Assembly: GCA_029932365.1 (NCBI GenBank)
Contig: JAOZQG010000001.1
Location: 1-48,299 of the forward strand
Length of the DNA: 48,299 nt
Origin: a bacterium
GTDB lineage: Bacteria; 4484-113
Direction: 5' to 3'
Shown here: piece by piece, positions 17,803 to 25,748 of the stretch
How positions within the stretch are numbered: position 1 is the first letter of the stretch
How the letters are laid out: each line of letters starts with the position of its first letter
The notes under the pieces: model-generated
The model's input: the letters and a program-made list of their open reading frames with translations, nothing else
What the model was told of the DNA's origin: nothing
The model's database searches: none
Position numbers and translations under genes: made by a program

Positions 17803-19491
17803 GTGCAGGATTCCGGGCAGGGGGTACCCGATTCCGTAACCATGAGTCGAGTAACCGGCAGAACCGCTAACGACCATATCCGGGTCACCCCGCGCGAGGC
17901 GACCATCATACTCGCGCCGTATATAGGCAACAAGTTCTGGGAACAGCTTAGCCTGGTACTCCCTATTGTCGGTTACTTGGTGCTGTTCCAGCTTATTGTG
18001 CTGCGAGAGAGCATAGAGCAAGCCTTTCAGATTGGCTGGGGCGTGTTCTGCGTAATCATCGGCCTTATGTTCTTCATGGAGGGCCTGCGCCTGGGCCTTA
18101 TGCCGTTCAGCGAAAGGATTGGCGCGGGGCTTCCGCAGAGTGCGACGCTTCCGGTAGTGCTCGGATTCGCCTTTCTGGTGGGCGTCGGCGCGACTCTCGC
18201 CGAGCCCTCCATCGGCGTTTTAAGGCAGGCCGGCGTATGGATAAGCCCTGAAAGGGCGCCCTTGCTCTACTACCTGCTGAACAAGCAGACGATGCTGCTG
18301 GTTGTCTTCGTCGGCATCGGCGTGGGCATCGCCGCTTTGCTGGGCATCCTGCGCATCATCCGGGACTGGCGGCTGGCTCCTCTGATTACTCCGACGGTTC
18401 TGGGCGCACTCGGGCTTACGCTGATCGCGGCTCTGAACGAGACTACAGCTCCGATTGTCGGGCTCGCCTGGGACAGCGGCGCGGTTACGACCGGGCCGGT
18501 GACGGTCCCGCTGGTGCTCTCGCTGGGCATCGGTCTGGCCACCGTTGTCGGGCGTGCAGATACGGGAAAGGCGGGCTTCGGAATCGTCACGCTGGCTTCG
18601 CTGTTTCCCATCATCACGGTGCTGCTTCTAGGACTGGCGCTTTACCACTTCGGGGCGGCCGACCTTGCGGCTGTGGCGAGCAGTCCCGGAGCGATAGAGG
18701 CTCAGGGTTCCGTTGAGGTGAGCATTGGCGGCGTACTTTTTTCGTCGCTTATCGCGGCGTTTCAGGCGATTGTGCCGCTGATAATATTTCTGTATCTGGT
18801 TCTGGCGTTTGTCGTGCGGATACCGCTGGAGCATCCCCGGGAAGTTTGGCTGGGGATTTTCTTCGCTGTCCTGGGAATGTTTATTTTCAACCTCGGTCTG
18901 ACCACAGGCCTTTCACCGCTCGGGGCCCAAGTGGGAATGACGCTGCCGTTCACCTTCAACCCGCCAGGAGAAGCGCTTATCGGCGAAGTCGTGGGGCGGG
19001 TGGTTACGGTTATCTTCGGTTTTCTGATGGGCTACGGCGCGACGCTGGCCGAGCCGGCTCTGAACGCGCTGGCGATCAAGGTGGAGGAGATAACGGTCGG
19101 GGCTTTCAAGCGCAGCCTGCTTATGCACACAGTCGCCTTCGGGGTCGGCATTGGCATAGCACTGGGGGTGACCAAGCTTTTGTTTGATTTCTCGCTGGCC
19201 TGGCTGCTGCTGCCGCTTTATCTTTTGCTGCTTCCGGTCACCGCGATTTCAAGCGAGGCATTTGTTAACATAGGATGGGACAGCGCGGGCGTCACCACCG
19301 GCCCGATAACGGTTCCGCTGGTGATTGCGCTGGGGCTGGGGCTGGGAAGCTCAATAAACGTCATTGAGGGATTCGGCATCTTGGCAATGGCTTCGGTGTG
19401 TCCGATAATCAGTGTGCTAACCGTCGGCTTTCTTGCCGGAAGAAGAAGGGAAAGGCGGGAAGAGCCGGCGGAGGATGAGGAGGATATCTGA
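17803..19491 (+). CDS. polytopic membrane protein made of two tandem DUF1538-like halves
   Basis: Internal duplication: GLAWDSGAVTTGPVTVPLVLSLGIGLA versus NIGWDSAGVTTGPITVPLVIALGLGLG, and GATLAEPSIGVL versus GATLAEPALNAL. Family assignment is from memory. Start may be the ATG at 17842. Confidence 0.7.
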   Translation: MQDSGQGVPDSVTMSRVTGRTANDHIRVTPREATIILAPYIGNKFWEQLSLVLPIVGYLVLFQLIVLRESIEQAFQIGWGVFCVIIGLMFFMEGLRLGLMPFSERIGAGLPQSATLPVVLGFAFLVGVGATLAEPSIGVLRQAGVWISPERAPLLYYLLNKQTMLLVVFVGIGVGIAALLGILRIIRDWRLAPLITPTVLGALGLTLIAALNETTAPIVGLAWDSGAVTTGPVTVPLVLSLGIGLATVVGRADTGKAGFGIVTLASLFPIITVLLLGLALYHFGAADLAAVASSPGAIEAQGSVEVSIGGVLFSSLIAAFQAIVPLIIFLYLVLAFVVRIPLEHPREVWLGIFFAVLGMFIFNLGLTTGLSPLGAQVGMTLPFTFNPPGEALIGEVVGRVVTVIFGFLMGYGATLAEPALNALAIKVEEITVGAFKRSLLMHTVAFGVGIGIALGVTKLLFDFSLAWLLLPLYLLLLPVTAISSEAFVNIGWDSAGVTTGPITVPLVIALGLGLGSSINVIEGFGILAMASVCPIISVLTVGFLAGRRRERREEPAEDEEDI

Positions 19492-19547
19492 AGATGGTTA
19501 ATGAAACGGTAGAGAAGGGAACCGCCTTCCACGTAAAGGAGGGCGCC

Positions 19548-19901
19548 ATGATGGGCAAGCTTGACCTTATATTCTGCATCGTCCAGCGGGGCCGGGCGGA
19601 CAGGATTATCAAAAAAGCCATGAAGGCGGGCGCCGGCGGAGCCACCACGTGGTTCGCGCGCGGCTCGGGCATCCGCGAAAAGCTGGGGCTTTTAGGCATC
19701 GCCATATCGCCGGAGAAGGAAGTTATGATGATTGTGACCCCGCCCGAGCTGACCGACCGGGTTTTCGCGGCGATAGTCGCGGCGGGCAAGCTGGACGTGC
19801 CCGGTCAGGGCCTGGCCTTCGTCACCGAGATCAAGCAGCTGGTGGGCATCTTCGGCGGCCCGGACGCAATTGAGGAAGAAAGCGAGCCACCCCCCGACTA
19901 G
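19548..19901 (+). CDS. PII-like (GlnB-family fold) signal transduction protein
   Basis: About 117 aa. Beta-alpha-beta pattern LDLIFCIVQRGRADRIIKKAMKAGAGGATTWFARGSG...EKEVMMIV...GKLDVPGQGLAFVTEI. ATG at 19548 lies 5 nt after AAGGAGG (19536-19542). The track ORF opens at 19494. Confidence 0.75.
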   Translation: MMGKLDLIFCIVQRGRADRIIKKAMKAGAGGATTWFARGSGIREKLGLLGIAISPEKEVMMIVTPPELTDRVFAAIVAAGKLDVPGQGLAFVTEIKQLVGIFGGPDAIEEESEPPPD

Positions 19902-19965
19902 CGGCTACCTGCAAACTCGCGCTTCGCTTGACGACGGCCCTCGCGCCAGCTCGCTGTTGCAAGCA

Positions 19966-20874
19966 CTAGCTCCCACCCACCATCTTCGCCAGCGCTGCGG
20001 AAAGGAAATTGGCTTCCGGGGGTGCGGCGCGGGAGACCAGCAGCACCGGCGCTACGCCGCCGACAACGAGCCCCAGCATAAACGCATTCGTGTAGTAAAG
20101 CACCATCTTCACCGCGATGTTGCAGGACTCCAGATTCGGCACTAACACGATGTCAGCGTCGCCCGCAATCGGCGTATCGATCTTCTTCACCTTCGCCGCT
20201 TCGGGGTCAAGGCCCAGATCAACGCCGAACGGGCCGTCAATTATCGCGTCGGGCCATTCGCCCTCGCGGTGGCGCCGCACAATTTCGCGGGCGTCCACAA
20301 TCGCCGGGATGTCCTGGCCGGTGTCCTCCATACCCGCCGCCAGGATTACCCTGGGCTTTTCTATTCCAATACTATGGGCGACGGCAATAGCGTTTTGCAT
20401 AATCCTTATCTTCCCCTCCAGGTCGGGCAGCACATTCAGCCCGCCGTCGGTGACCTGAAGCAGCTTCCCCGCGCGCGGATTTTCTATGACCGCCGTGTGC
20501 GACAGGAAATAGCCGTGGCCCTTAATTTCCTCTTCTTCCGTGTGCAGCACCGCTCTAAGCAGCTGATCGCTTTTCACGTTGCCCTTCATCACGAAGGACG
20601 CGCCACCCGAAAGGCACAAGCGCACCGCTTCAGCCGCAACCTCGCCTGTAGGCGCGGAATGTATTGTCGTACGCTCGGGTTTATGCTCCGCCCGAGCAAG
20701 CGTTTTCTCGATGGCTGTGGGATCCCCCACGAAGACGCAACTCGCTAATCCTTCGCGTTCCGCCAGGTGGGCGAACTCAACCGCGCCCGCCGAATCTCCG
20801 CCCGCGATGGCGATGACCGCAGGTTCTCCGCAGCAAGCCGCTTCCTTGAGTTCGGCGAAACTCTTAATCATCAT
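19966..20874 (-). CDS. ptb: phosphate butyryltransferase / phosphate acyltransferase
   Basis: PTA_PTB-type sequence (AIAGGDS, VMKGNVKSDQLLRAVL, GGLNV.PDLE.K, PRVILAAGMED). Immediately downstream of butyrate kinase. Confidence 0.85.
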   Translation of the reverse strand: MMIKSFAELKEAACCGEPAVIAIAGGDSAGAVEFAHLAEREGLASCVFVGDPTAIEKTLARAEHKPERTTIHSAPTGEVAAEAVRLCLSGGASFVMKGNVKSDQLLRAVLHTEEEEIKGHGYFLSHTAVIENPRAGKLLQVTDGGLNVLPDLEGKIRIMQNAIAVAHSIGIEKPRVILAAGMEDTGQDIPAIVDAREIVRRHREGEWPDAIIDGPFGVDLGLDPEAAKVKKIDTPIAGDADIVLVPNLESCNIAVKMVLYYTNAFMLGLVVGGVAPVLLVSRAAPPEANFLSAALAKMVGGS

Positions 20875-20893
20875 AACCCTCCAAAAACGGGTG

Positions 20894-22000
20894 CTAGCCC
20901 TTGTAGGCGCGGACGCGCTCTTCGCCCGACAGCGCAGCGTTGGCGGCCGCTGCCAGCGCTTCCATCTCGTTCTCGCCGGGATACACCAGGACTTTCCCCA
21001 GCCATTTGAGATATTTCTTCAGGTCGTTCACCAGCTTTGTTGAGTGCGCCAGGCCGCCGGTGAGGATAATAGCATCGTGCGCGCCGCAAAGCGGCATCGC
21101 GTACATACCGATGTTTTTGGCGACCTGGTAGACCATTGCCGAGTAGATGAGCTTGGCCTGCTTGTCGCCAGCGGCAATCATCTCAAGCACCTCCGGCAGG
21201 TCGCTTGTGCCGAGGTAGCCGGCGAAACCCGACTTTTTCACCAAAAGCTTTTTCAGCTCGTCGTCGCTGTATTTGCGCGCCAGCGCGATGACCCCCCGCA
21301 GCGGCAGCACCCCCGCTCGCTCGACCGAGAATGGGCCCTCGCCGAGCAGCGCGTCGGCGTTGTCGACGATGCGCCCGTTTTTAACGCTGGCGACGGTAAA
21401 CCCGGAGCCCAGGTGGGCCACCACGAAACTCGCCTTGCTGAAGGCAAGGCCCAGTTCCGCCGAGGCGCGTTTGCACATCGCGCGCACGTTCAGCGCGTGC
21501 AGCCGGCTCGCGCGCTCTATTCCCGGACAGCCGGAGATCCGCGCGACTTCGGGAAACTCGTCCACCACCACCGGATCCGCGATAAAACCGGGCACTCCCG
21601 TATCCTTCGTCAGCTCGTGCACCAGCAGGGCACAGAGGTTGCTTGGATGCTCGCCGTATTTGCCCGCACGCAGGTCTTCCAGCATCTTCTCGTTGATGCG
21701 GTAAACGCCGGCGGCGAGCGGCGCCAGCAGGCCGCCCCGTCCGATAACCGCGGCGAACTTGTTGAGCTTCGCCCCGATGACTCTAAGAAACGAGCGCACC
21801 TGCTCCTCGCGCGCCGGCAGCTCGTCCGTGATGCGTTTGATGCCGGGGGGCGGTGAAAAGGTAAGGTTTTCTTCGTGGAGGACGGCATTGCCAGAGAAGA
21901 TGGCCAGCTTGGTGCTCGTCCCGCCCATGTTGACCACCAGAACACGCCCCATCTGCTTGCGCACGCGTTCCGCCGTCCCGCCTGACTTGCCTCTGGTCAT
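20894..22000 (-). CDS. buk: butyrate kinase
   Basis: ASKHA-fold motifs VLVVNMGGTSTKLAIF, GRGGLL, EHPSNLCALL, VAHLGSGFTVA and GEGPFSVERAG. Confidence 0.9.
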   Translation of the reverse strand: MTRGKSGGTAERVRKQMGRVLVVNMGGTSTKLAIFSGNAVLHEENLTFSPPPGIKRITDELPAREEQVRSFLRVIGAKLNKFAAVIGRGGLLAPLAAGVYRINEKMLEDLRAGKYGEHPSNLCALLVHELTKDTGVPGFIADPVVVDEFPEVARISGCPGIERASRLHALNVRAMCKRASAELGLAFSKASFVVAHLGSGFTVASVKNGRIVDNADALLGEGPFSVERAGVLPLRGVIALARKYSDDELKKLLVKKSGFAGYLGTSDLPEVLEMIAAGDKQAKLIYSAMVYQVAKNIGMYAMPLCGAHDAIILTGGLAHSTKLVNDLKKYLKWLGKVLVYPGENEMEALAAAANAALSGEERVRAYKG

Positions 22001-22229
22001 AAACCCTCCGATAATTCCCTACGGAGCGTAATCAATGCCGCCCGTACAACTGCGCGCAAACGGGGCCGGATTCGGCGCGCAGGTTCCCGCAGATTGCGGC
22101 CAGCCAGGATACCCGGCGAAGATATTTTTAGATTGGCCAAGCCCTCCTCCAGCTTGTAATTTATATCACAAACAGGCTGGCCTGTCGAGGATACAGCTTA
22201 TGCCCGATGCCGCGCGGACTCCCGCGGAA

Positions 22230-22258
22230 TTGACGCGCGGCGAAGTGTCTGATATAAA
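22230..22258 (+). promoter_or_regulatory. candidate sigma-70 promoter for the infC operon
   Basis: TTGACG (22230-22235), exactly 17 nt, then TATAAA (22253-22258), counted directly in the sequence. Confidence 0.4.
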
Positions 22259-22267
22259 CTCTGTCAG

Positions 22268-22918
22268 TTGTCACCGAGACACAAACGACGAAGCAGTCAA
22301 AGGAGACCTCCTCGCGGCCCCAGGGTTAACCGGCAGATACGGGTGCCCGAAGTGCGCCTGATTGACGACACCGGCGCCAACGTCGGCGTCGTCGCGATTG
22401 ACGACGCGCTCAGCCAGGCCTGGGAGAAGGGATACGATCTTGTCGAAGTCGGTCCCAACGAAAATCCTCCCGTGTGCCGGATGATGGACTTCGGCAAGTT
22501 GAAGTACAGGGAGCGTAAGAAGCGCTCCTCGTCCAAGCAGGGCGCGGGAGGGGAGCTTAAAGAGATAGGCGTTTCGATGAAGATTAGCGACCACGATCTG
22601 GACGTGAAGATAAAGCGGGCCCGGAAGTTTTTGGAGCGCGGGCACAAGGTGAAGTTCAATTTGCTGCTGCGCGGCAGGGAGAAGGCGTTCCAGGACACGC
22701 TGGCGCTCAAGCAGATTGAGCGCATCATTGAGATGATGTCCGACGTGGCTGTTGTGGATTCCCGCAGCAAAGGGATGGTAGGAAGCAGGCTTTTTGTTAT
22801 AATGGCGGCTTCTAAGGGTAAGCCCTCCCGAGAGGAAACGGGTAAATATGCCAAAGGCAAAAACGCATCAGGCGACGGCGAAAAGGATTCGCCGGACGAA
22901 AAGCGGGAAGCTTCTTAG
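22268..22918 (+). CDS. infC: translation initiation factor IF-3
   Basis: VNRQIRVPEVRLIDDTG...DLVEVGPNENPPVCRMMDFGKLKY...KEIGVSMKISDHDLDVKIKRARKFLERGHKVKF. TTG is the only standard start codon in frame upstream of the conserved N-terminus. Confidence 0.85.
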   Translation: MSPRHKRRSSQRRPPRGPRVNRQIRVPEVRLIDDTGANVGVVAIDDALSQAWEKGYDLVEVGPNENPPVCRMMDFGKLKYRERKKRSSSKQGAGGELKEIGVSMKISDHDLDVKIKRARKFLERGHKVKFNLLLRGREKAFQDTLALKQIERIIEMMSDVAVVDSRSKGMVGSRLFVIMAASKGKPSREETGKYAKGKNASGDGEKDSPDEKREAS

Positions 22919-23048
22919 GAAGCGCGCCAACGCACGCCATCTGCTCGAAAAAAAATCATCGCGCCGCAAGCGGCGTCTGGCCAAGACGGCCCGGGTGGAC
23001 CGGGTTGACCGGAGCCGCTACTCGCAATTGCTGGGAGGGAAGAAGTAA
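22848..23048 (+). CDS. rpmI: 50S ribosomal protein L35
   Basis: [33 protein letters not shown] is a typical L35 N-terminus. In infC-rpmI-rplT order. Confidence 0.9.
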   Translation: MPKAKTHQATAKRIRRTKSGKLLRKRANARHLLEKKSSRRKRRLAKTARVDRVDRSRYSQLLGGKK

Positions 23049-23401
23049 TGACCCGGGTCAAGCGAAGCGTTGCTTCGCGCGCAAGGCGACGTCGGGTGCT
23101 CAAGCGGGCATCCGGATACAGGGGCACGCGGGGCCGTTTATTCAGGGCGGCGAAAGAAGCCGTGATGCACGCCGGCCATTACGCTTACGTCCATCGGCGG
23201 ACGAAGAAGCGCGACTTCCGCCGGCTGTGGATTGCGCGCATCAGCGCGGCCAGCCGCGCCGCGGGGCTGCCGTATTCGCGTTTTATGAACGGGCTGGCCA
23301 AGGCCGGAGTGGAGCTTGACCGCAAGCAGCTCGCCCAGCTCGCCATCCACGACGAGAAGGCGTTTGCCGAGCTGGCGGAGCTGGCGCGGGAGAACCTCTA
23401 G
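23048..23401 (+). CDS. rplT: 50S ribosomal protein L20
   Basis: [26 protein letters not shown]...[16 protein letters not shown] is a typical L20. Confidence 0.95.
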   Translation: MTRVKRSVASRARRRRVLKRASGYRGTRGRLFRAAKEAVMHAGHYAYVHRRTKKRDFRRLWIARISAASRAAGLPYSRFMNGLAKAGVELDRKQLAQLAIHDEKAFAELAELARENL

Positions 23402-23411
23402 GAGAGCCGCT

Positions 23412-24446
23412 GTGCCGCCGTCGCTGGAAGAACTGGCTTCCCTGATCAAGGAAGTGCAGATTGACGCCAGGCGCGCTGAAACCCCCGACGAACTGGCGCA
23501 GGCAAAGGCGCGCGCTCTCGGCGGTAGGGGATTCCTCAAGTCGGCGCTGTCGCAGATAAAAGACCTCGCGCCCGAAGAGCGCAAAGCCTACGGCCAGCAG
23601 CTCAACGCTTATAAAGACGAGCTGGAGGAGTACTTCCGGCGGCGCGCGGACGAAATCAGCGCCGCGGCGAAGGCTAAAGCCGAGTTCTTCGACGGCAGCC
23701 TGCCGGGCACCCGCGTGCAGATGGGCCGGCTGCATCCCATCCGCGCCGCCATGCGCCATATCGTGGACATCTTTGTCTCCATGGGCTTTGACGTCTTCAC
23801 CGGCCCCGAAATGGAGTACGAAAAGTACAACTTCGACCTGCTCAACATCCCCCAGTACCATCCAGCCCGCGACGATATGGACACTTTTTTCATCCTGCCG
23901 GGACTGGTGCTGCGCACCCACACTTCGCCGGTGCAGGTGCGGGTGATGGAAAAGATAAGGAAGCGCGAGGACGTGATTGTGCAGATGATTTCGCCGGGGC
24001 GCGTGTTCCGCCGCGACCGTCCGGACGCGACCCACACCCCGTGCTTCCACCAGGTGGAAGGCTTGCAGGTGGGGCGCGGCATATCCATGGCCAACATGCG
24101 CTGGATACTCGACGAGTTCGCCCGCAAGTTCTTCGGGCCGGAGACGCGGACGAGGCTGCGCCCTGATTATTTCCCCTTCGTGGAGCCGGGCGCGGAGCTC
24201 GCCGTGACCTGCTCCATGTGCGAGGGGAAGGGCTGCCGCGTGTGCAAGGAAACCGGCTGGATAGAGGTGATGGGCTGCGGCATGGTGCACCCGCAGGTTT
24301 TGCTCAACGTGGACATTAGCCCCGACGACTACAGCGGCTGGGCCTTTGGCTTCGGCGTGGAGCGGATGGCGCAGGTGCTTTACCAGGTGCCGGACGCGCG
24401 CATGTTTTTCGAAAACGACATGCGCTTCCTCCGCCAGTTCAGCTAG
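23412..24446 (+). CDS. pheS: phenylalanine--tRNA ligase alpha subunit
   Basis: Class II motifs HPIRAAMRHI, PQYHPARDDMDTFF, LRTHTSPVQVR, ISPGRVFRRD, FHQVEG and GWAFGFGVERMA. GTG at 23412 lies after GGAGAG. The track extension to 23316 overlaps rplT and is compositionally odd (S/R/P-rich). Confidence 0.9.
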   Translation: MPPSLEELASLIKEVQIDARRAETPDELAQAKARALGGRGFLKSALSQIKDLAPEERKAYGQQLNAYKDELEEYFRRRADEISAAAKAKAEFFDGSLPGTRVQMGRLHPIRAAMRHIVDIFVSMGFDVFTGPEMEYEKYNFDLLNIPQYHPARDDMDTFFILPGLVLRTHTSPVQVRVMEKIRKREDVIVQMISPGRVFRRDRPDATHTPCFHQVEGLQVGRGISMANMRWILDEFARKFFGPETRTRLRPDYFPFVEPGAELAVTCSMCEGKGCRVCKETGWIEVMGCGMVHPQVLLNVDISPDDYSGWAFGFGVERMAQVLYQVPDARMFFENDMRFLRQFS

Positions 24447-24593
24447 GGCATCGCGAGCGCTGTGGCAGGCGGCGTGCTTACAGGAAAGCGCTAATGTAAA
24501 TAGCGAATCTTAGCTGGTCGTGGGCAAGGTAGCTGATGGCAGGGCGGCCGCAGATGACCGTTGACCAACACCAGATTGGCGCGACAGGGGCCT

Positions 24594-25181
24594 TCAGTAA
24601 GCTCGTAATCCGCAGTATACCTGCGCCAGCGGCGTGATGTCGGAGATGCCGACAGCTCCGTTCTGGTCGTAATCGCCGAGATTCCGGTAGCGCCACTCCA
24701 GCGTATTCGTCCCGTCGTAGTGGTCAGTGAGTGTCAGGTCCGTCACCCGGTTATCGCCGCCGGTGGGCGCAATAGAGACCCATTTGTAGGGGCACAGCAT
24801 GCTGTGCCCGTCTTGCTCTTCAGGGCTTGCCAAGAGCCGGGCTGGTGAGCCCGGCCTACTCTCGGTTAGTTCTGTTTGCAGCGCCTCTTCCAGCGCCTCC
24901 TTCAACTCCCACCACAACTCCTCATTCACACCTTCCGGACACTGCATCTCCGCAAGCTCCGTAAGCGCCTCTTAGAGCGCGGAATCAGTTACCGGCTGGA
25001 AAGCCGGCGGATACCCAGGATGAGGGACAGGCAGCGCTATCCGGTTTTGGGGTCTGCTGCCGCTCCGTTCTGAGGACTGAGGGCTGACAACTGACGACTG
25101 CTTGCCCCCGCACGTGCTCAACATCCAAACGGCGCCAATCAGCGCCACCACCACAAGCGTCAATCTCCCCCGCATATCCAC
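24594..25181 (-). pseudogene. secreted dockerin-like protein interrupted by one in-frame TAA
   Basis: ORFs 24972..25181 (lipoprotein signal LIGAVWMLSTC) and 24594..24947 (C-terminal GDYDQNGAVGISDITPLAQVY, a dockerin/EF-hand-like Ca loop) share one frame. Only a TAA (24972-24974) plus 8 sense codons (EALTELAE) separate them. Confidence 0.45.
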
Positions 25182-25413
25182 CCCTATCTTCAGGCTTCAT
25201 TCTCAGAGTTGCCGCACGATGCGGCAAGCCACAGAACGGCTACACACAAGATTGCGGCTAGCGCCGCGAACCCTCTTACACGTTTTATCTTCCCCATTTT
25301 CCTAGTCCTGCTGGACATTCAGAATTACTTAAACACTATGCTACGCTACTATTGCAGCACACGCCTGTTCTTCGAGATGCGGCTTAGCGAATACGCACGG
25401 GGAATGTGAAACC

Positions 25414-25485
25414 AGCGGGAAACGGGGATCGAACCCGCAACCCTCAGCTTGGGAAGCTGATGCTCTACCATTGAGCTATTCCCGC
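25414..25485 (-). tRNA. tRNA-Gly (anticodon CCC)
   Basis: 72-nt cloverleaf folded by hand: acceptor GCGGGAA/TTCCCGC, D arm GCTC-AATGGTA-GAGC, anticodon arm TCAGC-TTCCCAA-GCTGA, T arm GCGGG-TTCGATC-CCCGT. Discriminator U. CCA not encoded. Confidence 0.85.
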
Positions 25486-25748
25486 GCGGAGAGACGAAAT
25501 GATTGTAGCGCCCATTCGCCACCAGTCAAGCACCCGCCGCGGCTTCGCAACCGCCAGTCTCCAGGCATTCGTCTTCAGAAAGAGATAAGGCAAATAGGCG
25601 TAAAATTTTCTCCGGAGTCTTGCTGACGGCTGACTACAGATAGCTGGCGACTGAATGCGCCACTGGTGGAGAATGCCCGATAGGCGTATAATGCCGTGAC
25701 AGTCGCGTGACCTGACGGGTCGCGGCTTATCCGGACCGGGAGCGCTTT

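Noticed and set aside
25209-25229. Perfect 8-bp palindrome TTGCCGCA-cga-TGCGGCAA between the split lipoprotein gene and the tRNA.
   Set aside because: No flanking T-run on either strand, a 3-nt loop, and no recognisable operator context. Too little evidence to assign a function.
24447-25413. Genomic island integrated at tRNA-Gly.
   Set aside because: No integrase, transposase or phage gene is present, and I could not find a direct repeat of the tRNA 3' end by eye. About 1 kb is too small to call an island. Reported only as a possible rearrangement scar.
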